Shown here one piece after another: positions 51,301-62,469 of a DNA stretch of 64,000 nucleotides. Each line of letters starts with the position of its first letter. Position 1 is the first letter of the stretch. The notes below the pieces were generated by a model. It was not told where the DNA came from. It saw only the letters and a program-made list of their open reading frames with translations, and searched no databases. Source of the stretch: Saccostrea cucullata (lineage: Eukaryota); contig NW_026928375.1 in assembly GCF_032062105.1 (NCBI RefSeq), positions 1 through 64,000 on the forward strand, in the 5' to 3' direction. The position numbers were made by a program, and so were the translations under genes.

Positions 51301-54300
51301 AGTATTTAATTATTTTTTCAAAAAATAATCTAGAAGCGGGAATATACATGTAACGACTGTCAAAGTAGTTCCGGCTGCTTAGTGCAAGCGAACTCTAGAT
51401 TTTATTGATGCAGGTATCAAAAGAATTTTTTATCCAATCAGAATCAAGTATTTCATAGAAATTAAATGATATAGATTTCTGGGAGAAGTAACTATTCCCT
51501 TCGACCATTCCCCCTAGGCAAAAACTCCGTAGAAAATTCAATTTTAAAATATAAGATGACAATTTCTATGAAAAAAAATCAGTCTAAATACTTGATAATA
51601 GATTGCCAACAAAGTCGTTACGTACCCTTGCTTATTAGATCTACTTGGAGATATTTGCTAAATGCATGTTAAAATGGCACTTGAAGTTGCAGCATATATA
51701 TGGAAAGTTGACAAAAGAAAAGGTGAAGGCAACACATTTATCGATTTGTTATGCTTGACAATCATTATGTATAACTTTAAAATATGAAAAAATGTGTCAG
51801 ACTCTGGTATTTTTTAATCCAAGGTCAAAGGCAATTCTTCATTTACAAAGTATTGAAAGAATGATATGGAGATAACGAACAGTATTCAATATCAAAGTCT
51901 ATAAATAATACAAAAAAGGAGCTAAGAAACATCAGAGATGGGTCAGGTGCCATTGATGAGTGAGCATCCCCTTCTGACCAGTCACACCCGCCGTGTGCTC
52001 CTTATGGTCGGGAAATAACGGGAAATCCGTAGTTAATTCAATATATATATAATGGACTAACAATTAGTATGATAAACGTCAGTTAGCATTTGACTCAATG
52101 ATAAACTATATTTGCTAACAAGGTTATTGTATCGCCCATAGAACTTACAAAATGATGACTTAAAACGAGACTGCTGATATTATTGTTTCATTAACTAGCT
52201 TTTCAATAACTTACACCACTTTAAAAAATGTTTATAGGAAGAGCATGCTCTTGAGTATCGAACCAACTGAGAAATATACACTCCGTATGCAGGTGATGAA
52301 GATATATTGCAGCATCAGTAATGGAAGCTGTCGATAGAAAAGTTAAAGTAATCCCGTTTATCATGCACATGTAGCTTGGTCGTGAGATAACCATTAAGGT
52401 CTTTTTCAAGTAAAATTTCCAAGTATGAAACAGACTATGTGGTATCTTTATCTCAAGCTCTCCAGGATATATCGTATCGACGTAGGAATGGAAATTGCCA
52501 TTGTTAATTGACAACGCGTCGTCGATATATTTGAATGTCAAACTTAATGCCGCAGCAAGTGCTTTCTTATTTTAACGCTTAAGGTTTTGTTCTAATTCTG
52601 CTTCATAAGAATACAAAAATAGGTCTGCTATTAGTTAATTGATTAAACATCTGCGATATATCTTCAAATTAACTTTAAGTCTATACCAAGAATACACCAT
52701 GTTAATAATAATATAATAATAAATAGTTTTGTTTTTTTTCAGTTTAAACGATGGTTTAAACGATGGTCACATTATTGGCATAGCTGCTTGTGTAGCGATA
52801 CTGATCTTGGTATTCATAGTTCTCCTCAAACACAGAAAAAATGTAAGTATTTTCCCTTCCAGAATAATATACAATATGACACATGTTTAAGGTTTAAAAT
52901 ATGCTTTTAGTAAAAATAGCAAGGTTTTTTTTTTAAATTGTATTAGGCCTCGAGGATTTCAAAACTTAATAAAAGTTTAAACTGAGGTTTAAACTGAATC
53001 AAAATTGTATACTAGAAGTGGAAATCAATGTTGGATATATGGCAGCTTAAAAAACATACCAAAAGTTTGAGAAAATACCCCTGTTTAAGTATTATATGAC
53101 AGTCAACATATGTATAGAATGCTTAATTCCGGAAAGAAAAATCAACTACATTAACACATTTTTATAGGTCTGCCTCATATCACCACGGTGACTCTAAAAT
53201 ATTCTCAGATAAAACATTGATTTAAAAGCAATCAATATGTAAAAAGCAATATTGTGTTGACTTGTTTGTTTTACTTAAATGTGTTCACATTTATAACATC
53301 ATTTGCTAGAGCTGTAAAATATAATGCGCACAGTACGTACAGTTTGCTAAAATAATGATATTGTTAAAAGAAGAAGTGATCTTAACAATATTATGAACAT
53401 CATTTTTTTTATTATTTTGCATGTTGTTCAATCCGAAAAACTGGACCTGTACATCTTGATAGCAATTTATTTCCACGTCCTTTTTACTAAGCGAGTGTCA
53501 GGGTTACAGTCTTAATGTTAATGTTAGGTAGAAGAAAAAATAGAAAACTTCAGATTATACAAACATAAAATTTACTTGACACAAGTTGTAGAAATGGCTT
53601 GTAAGAAAATAGAGAAACGTCTCAAAATGTTATATAAGTATTAACAATCCGTCAAATAATTATTAAATGGTAATTAACATTTAGTTTATTTTTAATACCT
53701 TTGCTCCTTGAAAACTGATCGATAAAACAGTTTTTGAATACCTCATTGACCTTAAAATTGTTTCACTTATATTTGGCCATAGACTAATTGGGAAAAAACC
53801 AACAACTAAATCAATTTACATGTACGTATTCCTGAACTAAGTTATTTTATACGTCTATGACTTGGTCTCTATGAATCGAATCAGTTAAATATCACAATAA
53901 ACGTACCAATTCGCATAGAAAACACTTTAAACTATAGATGCGAAATAATTAGTACCGTTTCAATCTAGATTTCAAAGTACGTACGTACATATAAGAAGTA
54001 CTCAACCTCGTCCCTAAATATTCTTTATTTTACAGGCCTACATGTTTATGATTTATAAGTAATAACTTAACCTTTCTGACAAAATAGCTGTCTAGTCCTG
54101 TAAAAGTATATATTTTGGGTAAATAAATTTTCGAGATCGTAAAAAAAATATGTTATAATTATTATTTAATATAATGAATAGCGATTAAATAAAGATATGC
54201 AAAGATTGATGGATGTAGCATTTACGTTGTGTATAAAATTATACAAACATGTAAAGTAAAAAAAAGTTTTCAAATCTTGGATGGGGATTTTTTTTTCTAT

Positions 54301-55336
54301 TCCTCTCCACCAGTACTTGACATTGCTTTACCGGGGTTTTATTTGCAGAGGATGACTTGAGCCCACCTATTATACTATTTATCTGTGCTTCTTGAAACAC
54401 AGCATATTATAAAGAAAAGTACATGCAAACCTTGCTTAATTTTTATTTCAATTTTCCAACAACAAATCAAAGTTATTTCAAAATATCAGTTTCCAATTTA
54501 TTTTTTCAAAATTGCAGAGCTCTTGTTCTGACTCATAAATTTCTGACCCCAAGAATTTCCATAAAATTATTAAAGTTTTAACGGAATCAGAACGGTATAC
54601 AGTACAGAAAAAAATGTTTGATACATGCTGTCTTAAAAAGCAAACTATTTAGAAAGTTCCATATTCAAGTATTGTTTGACAGTCCAAACATGCATGGAAT
54701 GCTAAATTACGGAAAATGCTTTTAAAACAACAACTTTTAAAACATTTTCAATAGGTCTGCATCATAAAACAATTTTGAAATTTTCACAGATTAAGCATCC
54801 ATTTAAACCACTCTATATGTAAAGTTTCGATTTTGATATTTTAGGTACTCTACTTATCTTTTCTATGTGTCCTTTTTTCATGTACAAACACGCGAGGCGT
54901 GGTTGGTAGAATATATTTATATAACTTTCAGGTTTGCTGAATATTAGTTACTATAAAAGATGAAGATGAAAAGATGAGGTCATTACATCAATATTTTCAC
55001 AATGTTCAAATTTTTATAAACTGAGCCTATATATAGTAAATATACAGTGTACAGTTTGACATTTTTTTTCATTATAAAATTGAATCACCTCATTGAAATA
55101 GAGGATCACTCTAAAAAAAAAGTTCTGCAATTCTTTAAAATCTAAAACATTGGCCTTAAATGATATGCTAATAAACATTATGTATATTTTAGGTAAAACA
55201 AGCAATTTGTCGGAAGGATGCCTTGGCTAATCAGAATGAAATAGAGATAACTAACAAATTTCTAAAAGAAAAAACAGAGGAAGACATTGAAAGTGAACAC
55301 TTAAAAGAAAATGGAAATCTTCAAAAATTTCTATGA
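38462..55336 (+). CDS. 7-exon gene for a 264-aa cysteine-rich type-I membrane protein; exons 38462-38486, 38575-38663, 39102-39324, 39796-39912, 49035-49131, 52743-52842, 55193-55336
   Basis: All introns GT-AG and phase-compatible, 795 nt without an internal stop; signal-like WILFILFFCLL, Cys-rich ectodomain, acidic stalk, TM IIGIAACVAILILVFIVLL, KHRK stop-transfer, charged tail. First exon is least certain. Confidence 0.8.
39102..39324 (+). CDS. Exon 3 of the receptor-like gene (Cys-rich domain part 1)
   Basis: tttag acceptor, TQYTTAMYCPESRETV..SCP..W...C...YHCLVN..TVEFCAP, gtaagt donor. Confidence 0.85.
39796..39912 (+). CDS. Exon 4 (Cys-rich domain part 2)
   Basis: tgtag acceptor, YCAQYTFYGARIQKNLYTNCTNNSIDCKGFYESNTAYK, gtaagt donor. 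Confidence 0.85.
40312..42015 (+). mobile_element. Non-autonomous mariner element interrupted by a Helentron-like insert
   Basis: TA|CGAGGGTTGATCCAAAAGTAATG ... CATTACTTTTGGATCAACCTTTG|TA. Confidence 0.85.
40557..41416 (+). mobile_element. Non-autonomous Helentron-like element (pearl/CvA-like) with ~3 copies of a ~166-bp repeat
   Basis: GCTCACCT start, (GTC)n microsatellite, AAAATCTTCTTCTCAAGAACCAC units, end CAGGTGAGCGATGTGGCCCATTGGCCTCTT. Confidence 0.85.
42658..45078. mobile_element. Non-autonomous DNA transposon, Harbinger-like termini
   Basis: TIRs CAG(A/G)A(T/C)CCGGTTGTATCAAC; subterminal CATTAA/TTAATG repeats at both ends. Confidence 0.7.
46577..48394 (+). mobile_element. Non-autonomous Helentron-like element carrying ~9 tandem ~166-bp satellite units (Cg170/HindIII-like)
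   Basis: AGCTCACCTGAGCCGAAGGCTCAAGTGAGCT hairpin start, (GTCC/GTCT)n, units at about 46862, 47027, 47194, 47358, 47526, 47691, 47854, 48021, 48186; end CAGGTGAGCGATGTGGCCCATGGGCCTCTTG. Confidence 0.92.
49035..49131 (+). CDS. Exon 5 (last Cys and acidic stalk)
   Basis: tttag acceptor, SKCFKLRSSQEDEESESTTQTEEKKPETNHF, gtaagt donor. Confidence 0.8.
49855..50000 (+). mobile_element. 3' end fragment of the Penelope-like family
   Basis: CACACGG.GGGTGTGACAGGTCAGCAG..CTCCATGGCTCCTGAT, homologous to 7650-7750. Confidence 0.6.
50372..51470. mobile_element. Non-autonomous element beginning with a ~140-bp near-perfect palindrome (50373-50513)
   Basis: AATGTAATATTTTTTTCTTTGATCGATGTATCAAAGAAAAATTT repeated in inverted form; right boundary uncertain. 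Confidence 0.45.
51860..52620 (-). mobile_element. Degenerate Penelope-like retroelement RT fragment
   Basis: ADLFLYSYEAE..TFKYIDDALSINN..YPGELEIK motifs, frameshifted; homologous to 7275-7800. Confidence 0.8.
52743..52842 (+). CDS. Exon 6 (transmembrane helix)
   Basis: ttttcag acceptor, LNDGLNDGHIIGIAACVAILILVFIVLLKHRKN, gtaagt donor. Confidence 0.85.
55193..55336 (+). CDS. Exon 7 (cytoplasmic tail, stop)
   Basis: ttttag acceptor, VKQAICRKDALANQNEIEITNKFLKEKTEEDIESEHLKENGNLQKFL*, AATAAA at 55337-55342. Confidence 0.75.
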   Translation, partial: VKQAICRKDALANQNEIEITNKFLKEKTEEDIESEHLKENGNLQKFL

Positions 55337-55467
55337 AATAAAAGGAATTCAAATGTTATCAGGTATCAAGTATTCAAGTATCATCGTGTTTTTCATATCA
55401 ATATATTTCTTTTACTTATGGCTCCTATTTTGCTGAATGAAAAATGCTTCATTGCTGACTTTTTTGT

Positions 55468-56170
55468 TATTATGAATTTGAAATAGTCTGTAAATTGAGG
55501 AAATTATGATTATCACTTATGATTATATATCAGTGTAGTTACTATATTTTAAGAGATTGTATGTGTTTTATGCCAATTTTTTCATATGCCATTGGAAAGC
55601 TAATTCACAATGGCTGAATGAGTTGCTTACATTCGTTCTGGATGTTGTCCTCTGCCTCTGTGGCATTAAATATGGGTCATTGACCACAGAAGTGTTTACC
55701 TGTGTTTATTTTATTTTATTTATTTTAACATTCACCATAAGCGATATTTTATCCATAATTAACGTGTACAGCCCTAATGCGCTTAGATATCCCTCGGAGT
55801 TTGACTACTTCAGCTCAAAGTTTCACACGGACTGCTTTGTTTGTTAGCCGATCTCTTATTGGATTATGACTTAGCCGGTGTTTATAAACAGACAGACCTG
55901 TTGAAGAAACCAGATTCGGTTTTAGATTTCCCAGAACACAGAAAGATTACAAAGCTTTTGACCAAGAGTAAAATGGCCCAGGATGTGTTGTTTAATAACC
56001 CCTCTCAATTACAGATGGTGAATATTTCCTTTTAAAAGTGCACACCTTTTCTAGTTACCAGAATAACATATATCCCATACACCCCTGACACATTTTTTTT
56101 TTTAATTATCAACGTCTGCTACCATCGAACTCATTTCCTTATCGTTCCATCTTCATTTCCAGCGTGGTGC
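55468..56170 (+). mobile_element. Older, diverged LTR related to the element 2 LTR
   Basis: Collinear similarity to 56205-56945 (TTATGAATTT, TACATTCGTTC.GGATGTTGT, CACCATAAGCGATATTTTATCCATAAT, AACGTCTGCTACCA). Confidence 0.85.
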
Positions 56171-56204
56171 TTTGGTGAACATCTCAATCAGATACAATTA
56201 TTAT

Positions 56205-57198
56205 TGTTATGAATTTAGGTGGGCCTGTACCTTGTGCTAACCATAGTTATTACTTATGTATTATTATTTTACCTTAGCATGGATATTTACAAATTACTAC
56301 GGTGTGTAGATACCATATTTCAAGTGATTATTTGTGTTGATGCCAATTTATTTATAATCTATTAGATTTAATTGAAAGCGAAAGTAGAAACATGCCGTTT
56401 CACAAGGACTGTGTTGTTTACATTCGTTCGGGATGTTGTTCTCGACCCTTGTGGCATTAAATATGTGTCATTACGCACAGTAGTGCTTACCTGTGTTTAT
56501 TTCATGTTTTACCATCCACCATAAGCGATATTTTATCCATAATCCATGTTTACAGCCCTAATGTGCTTCGATTTCCCTCTGTTTTTCATTACTTCGGCTT
56601 GAAGTTTCGCACGTGCTACCTTGTTTGTTAGACGATCGCTGATTGGATAATGACGTAACTCTTCTGTGTTTATAAACAGAGAGGCCCGTTGTAGGTACCA
56701 GTTTGGAATTTACATTTGCCAGAGTTAGATTGTGATTACGGAGCCTTAGAATGGCCCAGAAGGTGTTATTCAATAACCCATCCAAATTACAGAAGGTGAC
56801 TATTTAATTGTAATAGTGTGCACCTTCTCCAGTTACCAGAGTTTCCCTTATATACTCCTGACATATATTTGTTTACATTAGCAATTAACGTCTGCTACCA
56901 CCCCTTCATTTCCATATCGTTGCACCTTCGCTTCCAGAGTGGTGCACCTTCTATTTTTACACATTCCCAAAGTATCCTGGAGGTTCCAAATATCGCGTTA
57001 ATTTTATGTACTTTTATACAATAAATTATTACATGTTTCTTTTATACAAAGACTTTCTCTTGTTTTGTTGACTGTCTAAAGGTACAGAGCCCACGTATTA
57101 TTATAACGAAAAGCTGTAGAGTTATTTATACCGGGTCTATTACAAATATTTAAGACAAGGCATATTTATTATTAATCAAATATATAATTTTCGTTACA
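56205..57198 (+). repeat. 5' LTR of element 2
   Basis: TGTTATG...CGTTACA, direct repeat of 62470-63460. Confidence 0.95.
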
Positions 57199-57199
57199 T

Positions 57200-57217
57200 T
57201 GGTGTCAGAAGTGGGAT
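57200..57217 (+). promoter_or_regulatory. Primer-binding site, tRNA-Leu
   Basis: TGGTGTCAGAAGTGGGAT is complementary to the tRNA-Leu 3' end ..ATCCCACTTCTGACACCA. Confidence 0.9.
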
Positions 57218-57394
57218 TGTAGAAAATTGATTGAATTTTTTTTTTCTGTACCTTGCAGTTGACAAACAAGACTAAAGTTCACAAGAATATTTTTATAAAC
57301 ATTTTTATTATTCCAAATAATTTTACAATGGATATTTCCATTGAGTCCAATGAAGTGTTCTTTAAACCAAGTGATGAAAATCATTCTACCATGA

Positions 57395-58702
57395 ATGATA
57401 GTGATCCAGAAAATCTCCCCTGCTGACCGCAGCATCTCTGCTGGTGCTGGAGAAGGTGTCCAATTACCAGTTGACCCTACCAAAAATATTACTAAAGCTT
57501 TAGTAAATGAATTTAAAGAAATGCAATGTGAATTGACCAAGCAATTCAGAAATATGTGTGATGAAACCAACAGAAATATGTTTAAGGTGCAATTCCAAAT
57601 TACCAGAGATGTAAATCTCATGAAAAATGATTTTGATGAACAACTCTCAAACATGAAACAAAGAATAGGGGAAATCCAACAGAAGGTTGAATCAGAAAAT
57701 TCCAAACCCCAGTCTTCTCCTGTCAGTCCCCAGGTACCTTTCAATCAAAATGCATTGAATCCTTCTCCCATTTCCTACCCAGAAATTTCTACTAAACAGC
57801 CCTTACCACACCATCATAGCCAAGTTGGGGGATTTCCACAAACCAAACCACAATGTTTTGATGGGTCTGAGGACCTAGATGAATATTTAGCCCAATTTGA
57901 AATTTTGTGTGAATTAAATAGGTGGGATTATCATCAAAAATCATTACACCTAGCAAGCTCCTTGAAAGGCAATGCCCGTGCCACCCTTAGTGAGTTGTCC
58001 AGTACAGAGAGACGTGACTATAACCATTTAGTCAAAGCCCTTACGACACGTTTTGGATCCCATGGCCGAGCCGAGATTTATCGTGCTCAACTCCAAACTA
58101 GAGTAAGAAATAAAGATGAATCCATATCTGAACTTGCCCAGTCTATTAAAAAGTTAACAAGACACGCTTACCCAGACGCACCATCCTCACTTACCAAGAT
58201 TCTTGCTAGGGACCATTTTATTGATTCCATTCCTGACAGTGACATTAGACTGAGAATCAGAGAAGCCAATCCAAATGACATTGACGAGGCAGAGGCCCAA
58301 GCCATTAGACTGGAGACACACCATTTAGCAGACAGACAACGAGGTTCAAACCGAACAGTTAGATTTGTCAATGAAAAACCAAACAAGACCAATGACTGTG
58401 ATTCATTAGACCTTATTAGAAAAGGTTTTTCAGAAGTTAAAAACGAGATAGGATCTCTAACCAGGGAGATCAGAAAATTAGTAAATGTCAACTCACAACC
58501 CCAATACGGATACCCTCCCCAAAACCACAATGAACCAAGACCTGTTCAATCCAAATGGAAACCAAATAACAAATACTTTAACAACAACAGACAAAACCAG
58601 CCAAGACCTGACACAAGAAATCAACAGAATCCGGGAAACGAGATGAGGTCGCATCTGGGGGCCTCAGATCGACTTCCTCAAAATGGCCCTCAACAGTGTT
58701 AG
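57395..58702 (+). CDS. gag: Gag of element 2 (no CCHC knuckle)
   Basis: 435-aa ORF with coiled-coil-like N part and PQCFDGSEDLDEYLAQFE..LASSLKG.A capsid-like region; true start may be upstream and frameshifted. Confidence 0.88.
   Translation: MIVIQKISPADRSISAGAGEGVQLPVDPTKNITKALVNEFKEMQCELTKQFRNMCDETNRNMFKVQFQITRDVNLMKNDFDEQLSNMKQRIGEIQQKVESENSKPQSSPVSPQVPFNQNALNPSPISYPEISTKQPLPHHHSQVGGFPQTKPQCFDGSEDLDEYLAQFEILCELNRWDYHQKSLHLASSLKGNARATLSELSSTERRDYNHLVKALTTRFGSHGRAEIYRAQLQTRVRNKDESISELAQSIKKLTRHAYPDAPSSLTKILARDHFIDSIPDSDIRLRIREANPNDIDEAEAQAIRLETHHLADRQRGSNRTVRFVNEKPNKTNDCDSLDLIRKGFSEVKNEIGSLTREIRKLVNVNSQPQYGYPPQNHNEPRPVQSKWKPNNKYFNNNRQNQPRPDTRNQQNPGNEMRSHLGASDRLPQNGPQQC
58633..58676 (+). promoter_or_regulatory. 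-1 programmed ribosomal frameshift signal
   Basis: In-phase G GGA AAC heptamer, 5-nt spacer, 14-bp stem-loop; -1 frame open into protease. Confidence 0.8.
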
Positions 58703-61700
58703 TAAATGAAACCATGTCCGGGGATGAGGGATTGTTCATTGCTGCCAAAGTGCAGGATACCCCTATGTCATTATTAGTGGACACTGGATCCAGTGTTACC
58801 ATTTTGAGTGAAAAATCATTTAAAACCATAAATCCCTCCAAACACACAAAAATTACCCCGGTCAATACAAAATTGGTTACTGCAACTGGAACCACTTCCT
58901 CTTTCATTGGTCAGACTCGAGTTGAAATACAAATTGACCAGCACAAATTTTCCCATGATGTTCTTGTGGCTGACATAAATAATGATGTCATCCTTGGTAT
59001 AGATTTTCTGACTGCCAACAAATGTGATGTGCTATTAAGCAAAAGTTGTCTTGATGTGCAAGGCGACAAAATTCCATGTTTCAGATACTCTAATGAAGTA
59101 CCTGCCTGTTGCAGAATTACTGTGACAGAGAACGTTGTTGTTCCTCCTGGAACTGAAATGATAGTTCCTGGTAGATCCACTGGTCATATCAACAAATGTG
59201 CTGCCTTATTGGAGCCAACCAATACTTTTGTTGAAAAACAAGGTCTTATGATTGCTAGGTCTTTAGTAAATCCTAGTAAAGGTATTGTACCACTGCGAAT
59301 ACTAAACTTGCAAGATGAGCCTTGCAAAATTTACAAAAATACCATTGCCGCCAACTGTGAACCAGTCAATGACAGTGACATACAAGAAAACCAAATACTA
59401 AAAATTTCCACAATGTGTGTGTGTCTAAAATTGAAGCCAAAAAACATTATCCCTTAAGATTTTGTGTCGACTTCCGTCAACTCAACGACATTACTAAGAA
59501 AGATTCTCACCCCTTGCCCAGAATTGATGATACCCTAGATGCCCTATCTGGTGCCGAATTCTACAGTACTCTTGATTTAAAGTCCGGGTACTGGCAAGTT
59601 GGTATTTCTGAGGCAGACCGCCCAAAAAAAGCATTTTCATTCCCAGGTGGAGGACTTTGGCAGTTTACTGTCATGGCCTTTGGCCTATGCAATGCGCCAG
59701 CCACATTCGAAAGACTCATGGAGAAAGTTCTTAATGGTCTCTCATGGAAAGTGTGCCTAGTGTACTTAGATGATATAGTTGTATTTTCCAAAGATTTTCA
59801 AGGACAATTACAAAACTTGAGAAAAGTTTTTGAGAGACTTAAATGTGCCAATTTAAAATTAAGTCCCAAAAAGTGTTGTCTATTTCAGAGTAAAGTGTCT
59901 TTCCTTGGACATATTGTTAGTAAAGATGGTGTGTCCACTGACCCTGAAAAAGTCAAGGCAGTCCAAGAGTGGCCAGTCCCAAAATCTATAAAAGATGTCA
60001 GAAGTTTTCTAGGTTTAACTTCTTATTACAGGCGTTTTATCCACCATTATGCCGAAAAAGCCACACCCTTACACCACCTTACTGAAAAGAACAAGCAATT
60101 TATTTGGTCTGAGGATTGCCAGAATTCCTTTGAAATCTTAAAAACTGCCCTTGTCCAGGCACCCATCCTAGCATACCCTTCCCAGAATGACCATTTCATC
60201 TTAGACACTGATGCTAGTAATTATGGTATGGGAGCAGTGCTATCCCAAATACAGAACGGATGTGAGAAAGTTGTTTGTTACTTTAGTTAAGCATTTAGTG
60301 GTCCCCAAAGGAAATATTGTGTGACTAGAGGGGAACTTCTTGCCATTATCCTTTCAATTAAACATTTTCACCATTACCTATATGGTAGGAAATTTACTGT
60401 TAGAACTGATCATGGAGCCTTAAGGTGGCTACTGAATTTTAAAAACCCTGAAGGTCAGATGGCCAGATGGTTAGAGATTTTGTCATCCTACGATTTTGAA
60501 ATTGTCCACAGAGCTGGTAGATCCCATCAAAATGCAGATTCCCTTTCCAGACATCCATGCTTTAGCACCAAGTGTAAACACTGCCAACAAACCGAAAGGA
60601 AAGAGACCGATTTTATTACCAAGGACCCTGAATCTCAACTAGAGGAACCCCACAATGTTACTGTACAAAACAGTGTACACAATGTTACTACCCGGGGAAA
60701 GAAAAAGTTAAATAAAGAACCTGGTTCCCTAGAAACCCTTGACCAAACAGTACCAATTCCACATGAAAAATTGGTTGAATTACAAAGCCATGACCCAAAT
60801 TTGAAAATTATACTAGAATGGAAAAAGATTTCCCAAAAACCAGACTGGCAAGCCGTAGCCTCATACAATGAAATTGTCAAATATTATTGGCAAAGATGGG
60901 AATCCCTTCTTATTCAAAATGACATCCTGTATTATAAATGGGAGTCAGACAGTGGAAAAGATGTTATTCTGAAATTAGTAGTACCCCAAGAGTTAAAGGC
61001 CCTTGTTCTGGAACATTTACATAATAGTGTCATTGGAGGACACTTGGGAATTAAGAAAACCTTGTCTAAAGTTCAGGCCAGATATTTCTGGTTTCATTTG
61101 AGAAGTGATGTTAAAAATTGGTGTTCCAAATGTGATAGTTGTGCCTCTAAGAAAAATCCCCAGAAGAAATACAAAGCCCCATTAAAGACGTATAATGTTG
61201 GTGCTCCATTTGAGAGAATTGCCATTGATATTCTAGGACCTTTACCCCGTACCAAACAAGGAAATAAATATTTACTTGTTGTTGGAGATTACTTTTCAAA
61301 ATGGTTGGAAGCTATTCCACTGAAAAACCAGGAAGCTACAACCGTAGCAAGCAAACTAGTTGAAAGAATAATATCTATATTTGGTGTACCCCTTTCCATC
61401 CACTCAGACCAAGGTTCGAACTTTGAGTCTGAAGTCTTCCAAGAACTTTGTAAACTATTAGGAATCACCAAAACCCGCACAACCCCACTACGGCCTCAAT
61501 CTGATGGCATGGTTGAAAGAGCCAATAGAACCATAGAAAACATGTTGACAGTATTTGTCTCTGAAAATCAGAACGACTGGGATGAGTACATATATTTACT
61601 CATGTTGGCCTATCGTTCGTCAGAACACGAGTCAACAGGTTTTTCCCCTTACCAAATGGTTTTTGCCACCCAGCCAACCTTACCAATAGACCTAATTTTA

Positions 61701-62075
61701 GGAAGACCTGAAACCACAGACAACCACGTTTTTCATTCTGACCATATAGAACAGTTAAGACAAAAACTAGACAAAATACATGACTGGGCCAGACAACATT
61801 TAAACCTTTCATCTAAAAATATGAAAAGAAGATATGACAACCAAAGTAATGCCCACATTTACAAATCAGGGGATACCGTTTGGTTATATAATCCTATTAG
61901 AACAAAAGGGAGATGCCCAAAACTCCAGAGACCCTGGGTTTCACAATAACCCATAAAATTACTGATATCCTTTTCAGAATCCAAAGGTCCCCCCCATTCA
62001 AAACCCAAAGTTGTACACCACGACAGGTTAAAACCTTACCTGGGAGATAGTGTTCCGACATGGTTCAGACCATAG
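58696..62075 (+). pseudogene. pol: Pol of element 2 (protease, RT, RNase H, integrase), disrupted
   Basis: LVDTGS, YLDD, LDTDAS, HHCC + DDE; frameshift and N-terminal RT deletion near 59415-59455, TAA at 60288-60290, frameshift near 61940. Confidence 0.92.
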
Positions 62076-62453
62076 CTGGATTTCTTTGCCTTTACCTTTG
62101 CCTTCCATTATTCATCCATTTCACCTTTAGCTGAGACAAAGGATTATAAGGGACTGACTACAAAAGAAAATTGTGATTATAAGTGAATATTGTTTTATGT
62201 GTTGTGACATTATGGATCTTCATTGACATTATGAGGATGTTATGCTATATTGTTGTTGAAAGTCATATTGTATTTAACTGTTAACTATTTTATTGACATG
62301 TACGTCGTAGTACTTGTTATTGTTTTATCATTTCATTGTCATACATTGTATTTAATCATACTTTGCTTTACCGTCCATACCAACAGTTTCCATAGGTTCC
62401 ATTTCCATCCATCCATGCCTTCTTATTTGTTTCCATTTGAGGACAAATGTTCT

Positions 62454-62469
62454 GAAAGAAGGGGGATAA
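62454..62469 (+). promoter_or_regulatory. Polypurine tract of element 2
   Basis: GAAAGAAGGGGGATAA immediately before the 3' LTR. Confidence 0.85.

Noticed and set aside
54932-54978. Extra cytoplasmic exon
   Set aside because: Stops in all three frames from the 54932 acceptor; exon 6 joins exon 7 in frame without it
57205-61812. Antisense ORFs within both Gypsy elements
   Set aside because: Shadows of the sense coding frames with no independent motifs
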